Assembly: GCF_001457595.1 (NCBI RefSeq)
Contig: NZ_LN831039.1
Location: 630,001-662,000 of the forward strand
Direction of reading: 5' to 3'
DNA from: Mycolicibacterium smegmatis
GTDB taxonomy: Bacteria; Actinomycetota; Actinomycetes; Mycobacteriales; Mycobacteriaceae
DNA: 32,000 bases
Shown here: positions 1 to 7,538 of the stretch, one piece after another
Position numbering within the stretch: the stretch's first letter is position 1
How the letters are laid out: the number at the start of each line of letters is the position of its first letter
The notes under the pieces: generated by a model
Databases searched by the model: none
What the model was told of the DNA's origin: nothing
What the model saw: only the letters and a program-made list of their open reading frames with translations
Translations under genes and position numbers: made by a program

Positions 1-244
1 GAACGGCATGGGTCTCTCCAGGGAGGCGATGAGGGTGCGGGCGGCGACAGTGCCGGGAGCCGGATGATCGGCTGGGTCAATTACAGGCCCCGGCCATTGC
101 CGTGTGGTTAGGGATGGACTACTTCTGAATTGCCGAAATCTCACAGCGGCAATGTGCTCGTAATAAGTGCAGCATGCGCCTTGACCTCAACCTCACTTGA
201 GGTGCCAGGCTGGCTCTCATGACATGTGGACTCCAGTGGCCAGA

Positions 245-280
245 GGCGGTAAACCGCCGCGAACCCGGGGGTAAACCCCC
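245..280. repeat. Two tandem GC-stem hairpins with identical TAAA loops (GGCGG-TAAA-CCGCC and GGGGG-TAAA-CCCCC). The shared octamer GGTAAACC recurs 22 bp apart. Function unknown.
   Basis: Read directly at 245-258 and 267-280. Both lie in the lower-GC non-coding stretch upstream of the sigma gene start at 367. Confidence 0.7.
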
Positions 281-366
281 TGGGGACCTGGATCGGCACG
301 CAGTAACTTTCGTGGTGTTCCTGGATGAAAGAGTTCACACCGCATCGACAATGGCAGGAGCGGGTC

Positions 367-978
367 ATGGCAGTGACCGCTGAGGCACAAGTGACCGACC
401 ACGGCAGCAGCGCCGAGAGGTTCGAACGCGACGCACTGCCGCTGCTGGACCAGCTCTACGGCGTCGCGCGCCGGTACACGCGCAATCAGGCCGACGCCGA
501 GGACCTGGTGCAGGAGACGATGGTCAAGGCGTACGGCAGTTTTCACACGTATCGCGACGGCACCAACATCAGGGCATGGCTGTTCAAGATCCTCACGAAC
601 ACGTGGATCAACGCCTACCACACCGCCCAGCGACGACCAGATGTCGTGGTCACCGACACGATCAGTGACGCGCAACTGGCCGCGGTCGCGACGCGGTCGG
701 AGACCGAACTGGCCTCGGCCGAGTTGGCGGCGCTGGAGTCCATGGGGGATTCAGAGGTGCGCGACGCGGTCGCGGCGCTGCCGGAACATCAGCGGATGGC
801 CGTGTACTACGCCGACGTGGTCGGCATGCGGTACCAGGAGATCGCCGATGTGCTGGGTGTCCCCGTGGGAACCGTCATGTCCCGGTTGCACCGTGGGCGC
901 AGGCGTCTGCGCGAACACCTCATCGGGTTCGCTTACCAGAGTGGCTATCTCGCCCGCCCGGCGGGCAGCGCAGCCTGA
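367..978 (+). CDS. ECF (group 4) RNA polymerase sigma factor, SigH/SigR-like paralogue
   Basis: Taken from ORF 325..978. It has the N-terminal block [16 protein letters not shown], region 2 [14 protein letters not shown] and [12 protein letters not shown], and region 4.2 [29 protein letters not shown], all closely resembling mycobacterial SigH. I moved the start to ATG 367 because AGGAG (356-360) sits 6 nt upstream. ATG 325 is an alternative start. Confidence 0.85.
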   Translation: MAVTAEAQVTDHGSSAERFERDALPLLDQLYGVARRYTRNQADAEDLVQETMVKAYGSFHTYRDGTNIRAWLFKILTNTWINAYHTAQRRPDVVVTDTISDAQLAAVATRSETELASAELAALESMGDSEVRDAVAALPEHQRMAVYYADVVGMRYQEIADVLGVPVGTVMSRLHRGRRRLREHLIGFAYQSGYLARPAGSAA

Positions 979-1541
979 TGGTCGGCGAGTAGAACGCGCA
1001 ACCTGGCACGTCCGCGTGCCAGCCGTGACATGACCGTGCCGATGGGAGTGTCCATCAGCGTGGCGATTTCGCGGTAGGGGTAGCCCTCGACGTCGGCGTA
1101 GTAGACCACCATCCGGTTGGCCTGGGGGATCGCGCGCAGCGCTTCCAGGACCGCGTCGTCGGGAAGGTGTGCGAGAGCTTCGTTCTCGGCTGAACGTGCA
1201 CCGTCTGCCCCGTGGCGCAGACCGGCCGAGAGTTGTGCGTCGGTGAAATCCTCACACAACTGCTCGACCGGATTGCGCTGCTGGGCACGGAAATTGGATA
1301 TCCACGTGTTACGCATGATGCGGAAGAGCCATGCCTGCATGTTGGTCCCGCCCTCGAAGGTGTGAAAACCGTTGTACGCCTTGAGGAGTGTTTCCTGCAC
1401 CAGATCCTCGGCGTCGTAGCGGTTGGTCGTCAGGCGGCGTGCGCCGCGCTCGATCGCCTCGACGAACGGCAGTGCTGTCGCGATGAACTCGGTGGCGTCG
1501 CGTGCCGACGCGGCCGAGGAGTGGACGTTGTCGATGCGCAC
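945..1541 (-). CDS. ECF (group 4) RNA polymerase sigma factor, second SigH-like paralogue
   Basis: Taken from ORF 945..1547. It has region 2 [14 protein letters not shown] and [12 protein letters not shown], and region 4.2 [26 protein letters not shown]. The second in-frame GTG (1541) is preferred because GGAGG lies 5 nt upstream on the minus strand; the first GTG (1547) is itself part of that GGAGGTG. The 3' end overlaps the other sigma CDS by 34 nt. Confidence 0.85.
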   Translation of the reverse strand: MRIDNVHSSAASARDATEFIATALPFVEAIERGARRLTTNRYDAEDLVQETLLKAYNGFHTFEGGTNMQAWLFRIMRNTWISNFRAQQRNPVEQLCEDFTDAQLSAGLRHGADGARSAENEALAHLPDDAVLEALRAIPQANRMVVYYADVEGYPYREIATLMDTPIGTVMSRLARGRARLRVLLADHQAALPAGRAR

Positions 1542-1553
1542 GGGCACCTCCCA

Positions 1554-1577
1554 GATGTATAGACAGACTATGTATAG
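1554..1577. repeat. 9-bp direct repeat ATGTATAGA x2 (TCTATACAT on the minus strand), period 15 bp, immediately upstream of the minus-strand sigma gene
   Basis: Copies are at 1554-1562 and 1569-1577, in an AT-rich patch that is unusual for this genome. Confidence 0.7.
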
Positions 1578-1650
1578 AAAAATAGTCGATTGCTCGGCGG
1601 CGCGTCCAATCGCCCGAAATCGCCGACGGCCGAGTTAATTTCAGCATGTA

Positions 1651-1680
1651 CGCAGGGACCTCACAGGAAATATCCCTGCG
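1651..1680. repeat. 8-bp perfect inverted repeat CGCAGGGA-N14-TCCCTGCG in the sigma/mmpS divergent intergenic region; candidate operator or RNA hairpin
   Basis: Arms are at 1651-1658 and 1673-1680. The spacer contains GGAAAT, which together with GTTG at 1690 resembles an ECF -35/-10 pair. Confidence 0.6.
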
Positions 1681-1782
1681 CTGCACCTGGTTGTGTGCGT
1701 GTGTAAAGTTGCTCCACGCTGTACATAGGTAAACGAACTAATTCGCCAGGTGTGACTGGGTGCCGGGGTCGGGAGGTCTTGG

Positions 1783-2223
1783 GTGAACACTGGCTTGCTC
1801 TCACGTGTGCTGAAGCAGGCGTGGATCCCGCTGGTTCTGGCGGTGGTCCTTCCTGTCTCGGGACTTGTGGTGTGGCGGCTGCACGAGAAATTCGGCTCGG
1901 AGGATCTGAATGCCAACGCCGGGGCCGGGATCGAGATTGTGCAGTTCAACCCCAAGATCCTGGTCTACGAGGTGTACGGGCCACCCGGCAGCACGGCCCA
2001 GATCAGCTACTTCGACACCGACGCCAACGTCCATTCGGTGAACACGACACTGCCCTGGTCGGTCACGTTGTCCACGACGCTGCCCACTGTCAGCGCGAAC
2101 CTGATGGCCCTGGGCAGCAATGACGAGATCGGTTGCCGCGTCACTGTCAACGGGATCGTCCGGGAAGAAAAGTCGGCCAACGGGATCGACGCGCAAACCT
2201 ACTGCTTGGTGAAATCTGCATGA
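1783..2223 (+). CDS. mmpS: MmpS family membrane protein (MmpS4/S5-like)
   Basis: The 146-aa product has an N-terminal TM segment (AWIPLVLAVVLPVSGLVVW) and the conserved C-terminal ...GCRVTVNG...TYCLVKSA typical of MmpS proteins. It uses a GTG start with GGGAGG at 1771-1776. Its stop overlaps the mmpL ATG (ATGA at 2220-2223). Confidence 0.85.
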   Translation: MNTGLLSRVLKQAWIPLVLAVVLPVSGLVVWRLHEKFGSEDLNANAGAGIEIVQFNPKILVYEVYGPPGSTAQISYFDTDANVHSVNTTLPWSVTLSTTLPTVSANLMALGSNDEIGCRVTVNGIVREEKSANGIDAQTYCLVKSA

Positions 2224-5111
2224 TTCAAGGCCTGCACAACCGCAGCGATTCCAGACCGCTTCTTCCCCATGCCCTGAGGGTCCTGGCAATCCCGGTGATC
2301 CTGTTCTGGGTGGCGTTCGCCGCCGTGGTGAACATCATCGCGCCGCAGCTGGAGATCGTCGGCGAGGAGCATTCGGCACCGATGGCGCCCGAGGATGCGC
2401 CGTCGCTGACCGGTATGCACCGGATGGGCGGCAACTTCCAGGAGTTCGACTCCAACAGCACCGTGATGGTCGTCATCGAGGGTCAGGAACCGCTCGGCCC
2501 CGACGCGCACGCGTACTACGACGAGATCATCCGCAAACTCCGGCAGGATCCGGAACACATTCAGCACATCCAGGACTTCTGGGGCGACACCCTGACGGCG
2601 GCCGGCGCCCAGAGCGCGGACGGCAAAGCCGCATACGTGATGCTGAACCTCGCAGGCGAGCAGGGGCAGACGCTGGCCAACGACGGCGTGCAAGAAGTGC
2701 GGCAGGTGATCGCCGACACCCCGGCGCCGCCGGGCGTGCAGGCCTACGCCGCGGGGCCCGCAGCCCTCACCGACGACCTGCACGTGATCGGCAACGCCAG
2801 CCTCGGCAAGATCACGCTGTTCACGCTCGTCGCGATAGCGGTCATGTTGCTCATCGTCTACCGATCGATCGTCACGACGCTGATCCAGCTCGTGCTCACC
2901 GGTGTGGGCCTGCTGGCCTCGCGTGGCCTGATCTCGGTGCTCGCGACGCACGACGTGTTCGGGTTGACCACGTTCGCCGGGAACATCCTCACGATGCTCG
3001 CGATCGCGGCGGCCACCGATTACGGCATCTTCCTGTTCGGCCGGTACCGCGAGGCCCGCGGCGCGGGCGAGGACCCCGAGACCGCCTATTACACGACGTT
3101 CAAATCGGTGTCGCCGGTGATCGTGGGGTCGGGTCTGACGATCGCGGGGGCGACGTACTGCCTGAGTTTCGCGCGGCTGCCCTACTTCAGCACCATGGGC
3201 GCCCCGGTCGCGATCGGCATGATCGTGGTCGTCGCCAGTTCGGTGACCATGGGCCCGGCGGTGCTGTTCCTCGGCAGCAAGGTCGGCCTGTACGAGGCGA
3301 AACGCGCTGCCAAAGGCCGCTTCTGGCGACGTGTCGGCACGGCCGTCGTGCGCTGGCCCGCCCCGATTCTCGTGGCGAGCGCGTTCATCGTGCTCATCGG
3401 GGTCGTCGCCGTGCCGGGCTACCGGCCCGCCTACAACGACCGCTGGTACCTGCCCGACGATGCCCCGGTCAACATCGGGTTCGCCGCGGCGGACCGGCAT
3501 TTCACGCAGGCGCGCATGAACCCCGACATCCTCATGGTCGAGGCCGACCACGACATGCGGAACCCGGCCGACATGCTGGTGCTCGACCGCGTGGCCAAGA
3601 ACGTGCTGCGCACGCAGGGCATCGCGATGGTCCAGAGCATCACGCGTCCACTCGGAATCCCCATCCAGCACAGCTCGATTCCGTTCCAGACCGCGATCCA
3701 GGGACAGACCAGCAACCTGAACCTGCCGTTCCAGCGTGCGCAGTTGGACAACCAGCTCAAGATGGTCGAGGCGACGAACCAATCGATCGCCATCATGGAG
3801 AAGCAGTACGAACTGTCGCTGCGGCAGACCAAGCTCACGCAGGACTCGGCGGAGAAGTCGCGCGAACTGCTCGAGGTCACCAAGCAACTGCGCGACAACA
3901 TCGCCAACTTCGACGACCAGTTCCGGCCGTTGCGCAATTACTTCTACTGGGAGCCACACTGTTTCGACATCCCGATGTGCGCGGCCGCGCGATCGTTGTT
4001 CGACTCCCTCGACACCGTCGACGAGTTGACCGACCGAACGTCGGCAGTGCAGGTCAACACCGATGAATTGGCGGACCTCGCACCGCAGTTGACCGCTCTG
4101 CTGCCGCAGACCATCGCGTCGATGAAGACCAGCCGCGATCTGTCGCTCGCGTCGTACAACTCGCAGAAGGCCCTGCTGGACCAGATGCAGGCCATGAACG
4201 ACACCGCGCTGGCGATGGGGCAGAGCTTCGACGAGGCGAAGAACGACGACTTCTTCTACCTGCCGCCCGAGGCGTTCCAGAACCCGGATTTCGAACGCGG
4301 GCTCAAGATGTTCCTGTCACCGGACGGCAAGTCTGCACGCATGTTCATCACCCACCAGAGCGATCCGGCGACACCGGAGGGCATCGCCCGTGTGAACGCC
4401 GAACGCACTGCCGCGCAAGAAGGTCTGAAGATGTCGTCGCTGTCGGACGCCAAGATCTTCCTGGGCGGTACCGCGGCGACCTACAAGGACATGAGCGACG
4501 GTGCGCGCTACGACCTGATGATCGCGGTCGTGTCGGCGCTGACGCTGATCTTCATGATCATGCTCATCCTGACCCGCAGTGCGGTGGCCGCGCTGGTCAT
4601 CGTGGGCACCGCGGCAAGCTCGATCGCGGCGTCGTTCGGCATTTCGGTACTGCTGTGGCAGGACCTGTTCGGCGTGGAGGTGCACTGGCTGGTCATGTTG
4701 ATGTCGGTCATCATCCTGCTGGCCGTCGGTTCGGACTACAACCTGCTGCTCGTCTCGCGCTTCAAGGACGAGATCCACGCGGGGCTGAAAACCGGGATCA
4801 TCCGGTCGATGGCCGGCACGGGCGGGGTGGTCACCTCGGCGGGTCTGGTGTTCGCCGCGACCATGGCCGCGATGCTGGGCAGTGAACTGGTGGTGCTCGC
4901 GCAGATGGGGTCGACCATCGCGATCGGTCTGTTGCTCGACACGTTGATCGTGCGGTCACTGCTCATGCCGTCGATCGCGACGCTGCTCGGTCGCTGGTTC
5001 TGGTGGCCGCAGGTGGTCTACCCCCGCGGGGACAACCATTTCCGGCGACCCACCGCCGTCAGCCGCGGCACAGGCGATGAGGACACCGCAGCGCTGCCCG
5101 TGCCGAGCTGA
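2220..5111 (+). CDS. mmpL: MmpL family RND transporter (MmpL4/L5-like, with a long coiled-coil periplasmic insert)
   Basis: This is the ORF 2133..5111 frame. The start is set at ATG 2220 (MIQGLHNRSD...), which is translationally coupled to mmpS. The product has two blocks of about 6 TM helices with RND/MMPL motifs (AAATDYGIFLFGRYRE, GSDYNLLLVSRFKDE). A heptad-rich segment (roughly residues 500-640) lies between them. Confidence 0.9.
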   Translation: MIQGLHNRSDSRPLLPHALRVLAIPVILFWVAFAAVVNIIAPQLEIVGEEHSAPMAPEDAPSLTGMHRMGGNFQEFDSNSTVMVVIEGQEPLGPDAHAYYDEIIRKLRQDPEHIQHIQDFWGDTLTAAGAQSADGKAAYVMLNLAGEQGQTLANDGVQEVRQVIADTPAPPGVQAYAAGPAALTDDLHVIGNASLGKITLFTLVAIAVMLLIVYRSIVTTLIQLVLTGVGLLASRGLISVLATHDVFGLTTFAGNILTMLAIAAATDYGIFLFGRYREARGAGEDPETAYYTTFKSVSPVIVGSGLTIAGATYCLSFARLPYFSTMGAPVAIGMIVVVASSVTMGPAVLFLGSKVGLYEAKRAAKGRFWRRVGTAVVRWPAPILVASAFIVLIGVVAVPGYRPAYNDRWYLPDDAPVNIGFAAADRHFTQARMNPDILMVEADHDMRNPADMLVLDRVAKNVLRTQGIAMVQSITRPLGIPIQHSSIPFQTAIQGQTSNLNLPFQRAQLDNQLKMVEATNQSIAIMEKQYELSLRQTKLTQDSAEKSRELLEVTKQLRDNIANFDDQFRPLRNYFYWEPHCFDIPMCAAARSLFDSLDTVDELTDRTSAVQVNTDELADLAPQLTALLPQTIASMKTSRDLSLASYNSQKALLDQMQAMNDTALAMGQSFDEAKNDDFFYLPPEAFQNPDFERGLKMFLSPDGKSARMFITHQSDPATPEGIARVNAERTAAQEGLKMSSLSDAKIFLGGTAATYKDMSDGARYDLMIAVVSALTLIFMIMLILTRSAVAALVIVGTAASSIAASFGISVLLWQDLFGVEVHWLVMLMSVIILLAVGSDYNLLLVSRFKDEIHAGLKTGIIRSMAGTGGVVTSAGLVFAATMAAMLGSELVVLAQMGSTIAIGLLLDTLIVRSLLMPSIATLLGRWFWWPQVVYPRGDNHFRRPTAVSRGTGDEDTAALPVPS

Positions 5112-5125
5112 CCCGGATTCCCCCT

Positions 5126-5159
5126 TCTCCACACCGTGTGCCATGACAGGGTGTGGAGA
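5126..5159 (+). other. Perfect 10-bp stem hairpin (TCTCCACACC-N14-GGTGTGGAGA) between mmpL and the MFS gene
   Basis: Arms are at 5126-5135 and 5150-5159. The right arm contains the candidate GTG (5153) and the A of the candidate ATG (5159) of the MFS gene. No U-tract follows. Confidence 0.6.
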
Positions 5160-6376
5160 TGGCCTACCTCGGTGAACTGCGGACCCATTGGCAGGCACTG
5201 ACCGCAGCCACCGCCGGCCTGAGCGCCGGGCTCGCGCTGAGCGCCTACACCAACGCGGCGATGGGACCACAGTTCCTCGCCGCGTTCGGATGGGAGCGTT
5301 CGGACTTCGCGCTCACCGGCGTCATCACGCTGCTGACCTTCGTGTTCCTGCCTGTCTACGGGCGGCTCACCGACCTGTTCGGGGTGCGCCGGATCGCGGT
5401 GGTCGGCGTCGCCGGCCTGCCGGTGTGCTGGCTCGGCTATGCGCTGATGTCCGGGCCCATCTGGCAGTACTTCGCCATCAACGTCGCGGTGATCGCCCTC
5501 GGTGTCACCACCACGCCCGCCATCTACAGCCGTGTCGTCGCGACCCGGTTCGATCGGGCCCGTGGCCTCGCGCTGGCCATCGCGATCTCCGGCCCGCCGC
5601 TGCTCGGCGCGGTCAGCGCGCCCGTCGTCGCTGCGGTGAACCGCATCTTCGGCTGGCGCGCGGGATGCGTCGCCATCGCGGTGATGATCGCGGTGATCGG
5701 CGTGGTCGCGCTGCTCCTCATGCCCGCCGACCAAGCCAGACCGCCACGCGAGCGACGGACCGGTGACTACCGGATGATCGCGGGGACACCGGTGTTCTGG
5801 ATCCTGCTCGCGGGTGTCCTGCTGTGCAATCTGTACCACTCGGTGACCACCAGCCAACTCGGCGTGATGCTCGACGACAGCGGTGCAGGCGACCGGATCG
5901 CGCTGCTCGTCACGGTTTTCGCCACGTCGGTGATCGTCGGCCGGTTCGTCTGCGGGGTGGCACTCGACCGGCTGCCGCCGCAGGCCGTCGCCGCGGTGGC
6001 GATGGCGCTTCCGGGTCTGGGGTGCCTGCTGGTGGCGTCATCCTGGGACGGGTTCGGCGTGCTCGTGATCGCGGTGTGCTGCCTCGGCGCCGCGTGGGGC
6101 GCTGAGGGCGACGTCATCGCCTACCTGGTCGCCCGCAGGTTCAGCCTCTCCGTCTACAGCACGGTGCTGGGCATCCTCTCGGCCCTCATCGGGGTGTCCT
6201 CGGCCCTGGGCGCGCTCATCCTGAGCCGCATGCTGGCCGAAAGCGACAGCTTCAACGGTTTTCTGCTGGTCGCAGGCAGTGCGGCAGTGATCGGCGGGAC
6301 GCTGTTCCTGCTCGTGCGGCCGCAACGGAAAGCCTCCGGCGCGGCTTTACAAAAACCTGCCAAGATGTCACGGTAG
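5153..6376 (+). CDS. MFS transporter (12-TM type)
   Basis: The product is 407 aa and hydrophobic throughout, with an MFS motif-A-like loop (YGRLTDLFGVRRIAV). The start is ambiguous between GTG 5153 and ATG 5159. Confidence 0.75.
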   Translation: MEMAYLGELRTHWQALTAATAGLSAGLALSAYTNAAMGPQFLAAFGWERSDFALTGVITLLTFVFLPVYGRLTDLFGVRRIAVVGVAGLPVCWLGYALMSGPIWQYFAINVAVIALGVTTTPAIYSRVVATRFDRARGLALAIAISGPPLLGAVSAPVVAAVNRIFGWRAGCVAIAVMIAVIGVVALLLMPADQARPPRERRTGDYRMIAGTPVFWILLAGVLLCNLYHSVTTSQLGVMLDDSGAGDRIALLVTVFATSVIVGRFVCGVALDRLPPQAVAAVAMALPGLGCLLVASSWDGFGVLVIAVCCLGAAWGAEGDVIAYLVARRFSLSVYSTVLGILSALIGVSSALGALILSRMLAESDSFNGFLLVAGSAAVIGGTLFLLVRPQRKASGAALQKPAKMSR

Positions 6377-6379
6377 GGC

Positions 6380-7516
6380 ATGGACTTCTCACGGGTCGAG
6401 CTGTCGGACGAGGACACCCGGTTCCGCGACGAGTTGCGGGCGTTCCTCGCCGAGATCGTCACCGACGAGGTGATCCGGCGCGACCGCGAGACGGGCGAGA
6501 ACTTCGACGAATCGGTGCATCTGGCCCTCGGTGGCGCAGGCTATCTGGCCGCGGACTACCGCTGCGCCGACGACGGCGGATTCAGCGCGGTGCGGCGACG
6601 CATCTGGGAACTGGAGATCGGCCGCGCCCACACCCCGTGGTTCCACTGGGGCACAACGGCCATGGCCGCGCACACCGTCGAGAAGTTCGGCACACCCGAA
6701 CTCGTCGAGGAGGTGCTGCCCGGTGTGCTGTCCGGACGTGTGCGGATCTGCCTGGGATACACCGAACCCGAGGGCGGATCCGACGTCGCGACATGCAAGA
6801 CCCGCGCCGTTCGCGACGGCGACGCTTGGATCATCAACGGCTCCAAGATGTTCACGTCCAATGCCCACAACGCCCAGTACGTCTTCCTGGTCACCAACAC
6901 CGATCCCGAGGCGCCCAAGCACAACAGCCTCACCATGTTCCTGGTGCCGCTCGGCACCCCCGGCGTCGAGATCCAGGGCATCCGTACGGTCGACGGTGAC
7001 CGCACCAACATCACCTATTACAGCGACGTCCGGGTGAGCGACCGCTACCGCGTCGGTGACGTCAACGGCGGATGGGGCGTGCTGCGCGGGGCCCTGGACG
7101 TCGAGCACGGCACGTTCGAGCGCGACACGCACGGCCTGCAGAAGATCGCCACGATGACCGAGCACATCACGCTGATGGCCGAGGCGCTCGACCTCGTTGC
7201 CGCCCAGGCACCCGGCGACGGGGCGTCCCGGTTCCGGCTGGGGCGTGGCATCGCCTGCACGGAGGCCGCGATGAGTACACCGGACATGTACGGACGCGTC
7301 GCCATCGCGCAGACCATGCGTGACGTGACACCGGACCTCATGGACATCCTCGGTCCGGCGGGTGCGCTGACCGACGGTGTGGAGTACATCTTCCGGCTGG
7401 CCGGGCCCACCGGCATCTACGGCGGCACCCTTGAGGTGTTCCGCAACATGATCGCCCAGCACGGTCTGGGCCTGGGGAAACCGAACTACGCACAACCGGT
7501 CAAGAAGGTGTCGTGA
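6380..7516 (+). CDS. acyl-CoA dehydrogenase family protein
   Basis: The 378-aa product carries the ACAD signature GYTEPEGGSDVATCKT followed by WIINGSKMFTSNA, and has a C-terminal helical domain (GGTLEVFRNMIAQHGLGL). It starts 3 nt after the MFS stop. Confidence 0.8.
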   Translation: MDFSRVELSDEDTRFRDELRAFLAEIVTDEVIRRDRETGENFDESVHLALGGAGYLAADYRCADDGGFSAVRRRIWELEIGRAHTPWFHWGTTAMAAHTVEKFGTPELVEEVLPGVLSGRVRICLGYTEPEGGSDVATCKTRAVRDGDAWIINGSKMFTSNAHNAQYVFLVTNTDPEAPKHNSLTMFLVPLGTPGVEIQGIRTVDGDRTNITYYSDVRVSDRYRVGDVNGGWGVLRGALDVEHGTFERDTHGLQKIATMTEHITLMAEALDLVAAQAPGDGASRFRLGRGIACTEAAMSTPDMYGRVAIAQTMRDVTPDLMDILGPAGALTDGVEYIFRLAGPTGIYGGTLEVFRNMIAQHGLGLGKPNYAQPVKKVS

Positions 7517-7538
7517 CACGCTCGGTAACCTGGCCTGG

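Noticed and set aside
1-9. A possible minus-strand gene start: CAT at 7-9, with GGAGAG a few nt upstream on the minus strand.
   Set aside because: Only three codons lie inside the window, so it cannot be supported.
141-368. A 75-aa minus-strand ORF with a Cys/His-rich N-terminus (SCHCRCG, HHESYC), considered as a possible divergent zinc anti-sigma factor.
   Set aside because: It has no HxxxCxxC ZAS motif, and its third-position GC is well below that of real genes here. Its ATG is simply the reverse reading of the CATG at the sigma start. Its body is made of the hairpin repeats at 184-280.
2199-3959. Very long ORFs antisense to, or frame-shifted relative to, recognised genes. Examples are 2199..3959 (-), 6389..7648 (-), 8870..9868 (-), 9893..11212 (-), 18178..20595 (-), 20240..22003 (-), 23578..25353 (+) and 22859..23911 (+).
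   Set aside because: They are typical high-GC artefacts. Their translations are Arg/Gly/Pro/His-rich and low in complexity, with no recognisable motifs. Each lies opposite or out of frame to a gene with clear family signatures and high third-position GC.
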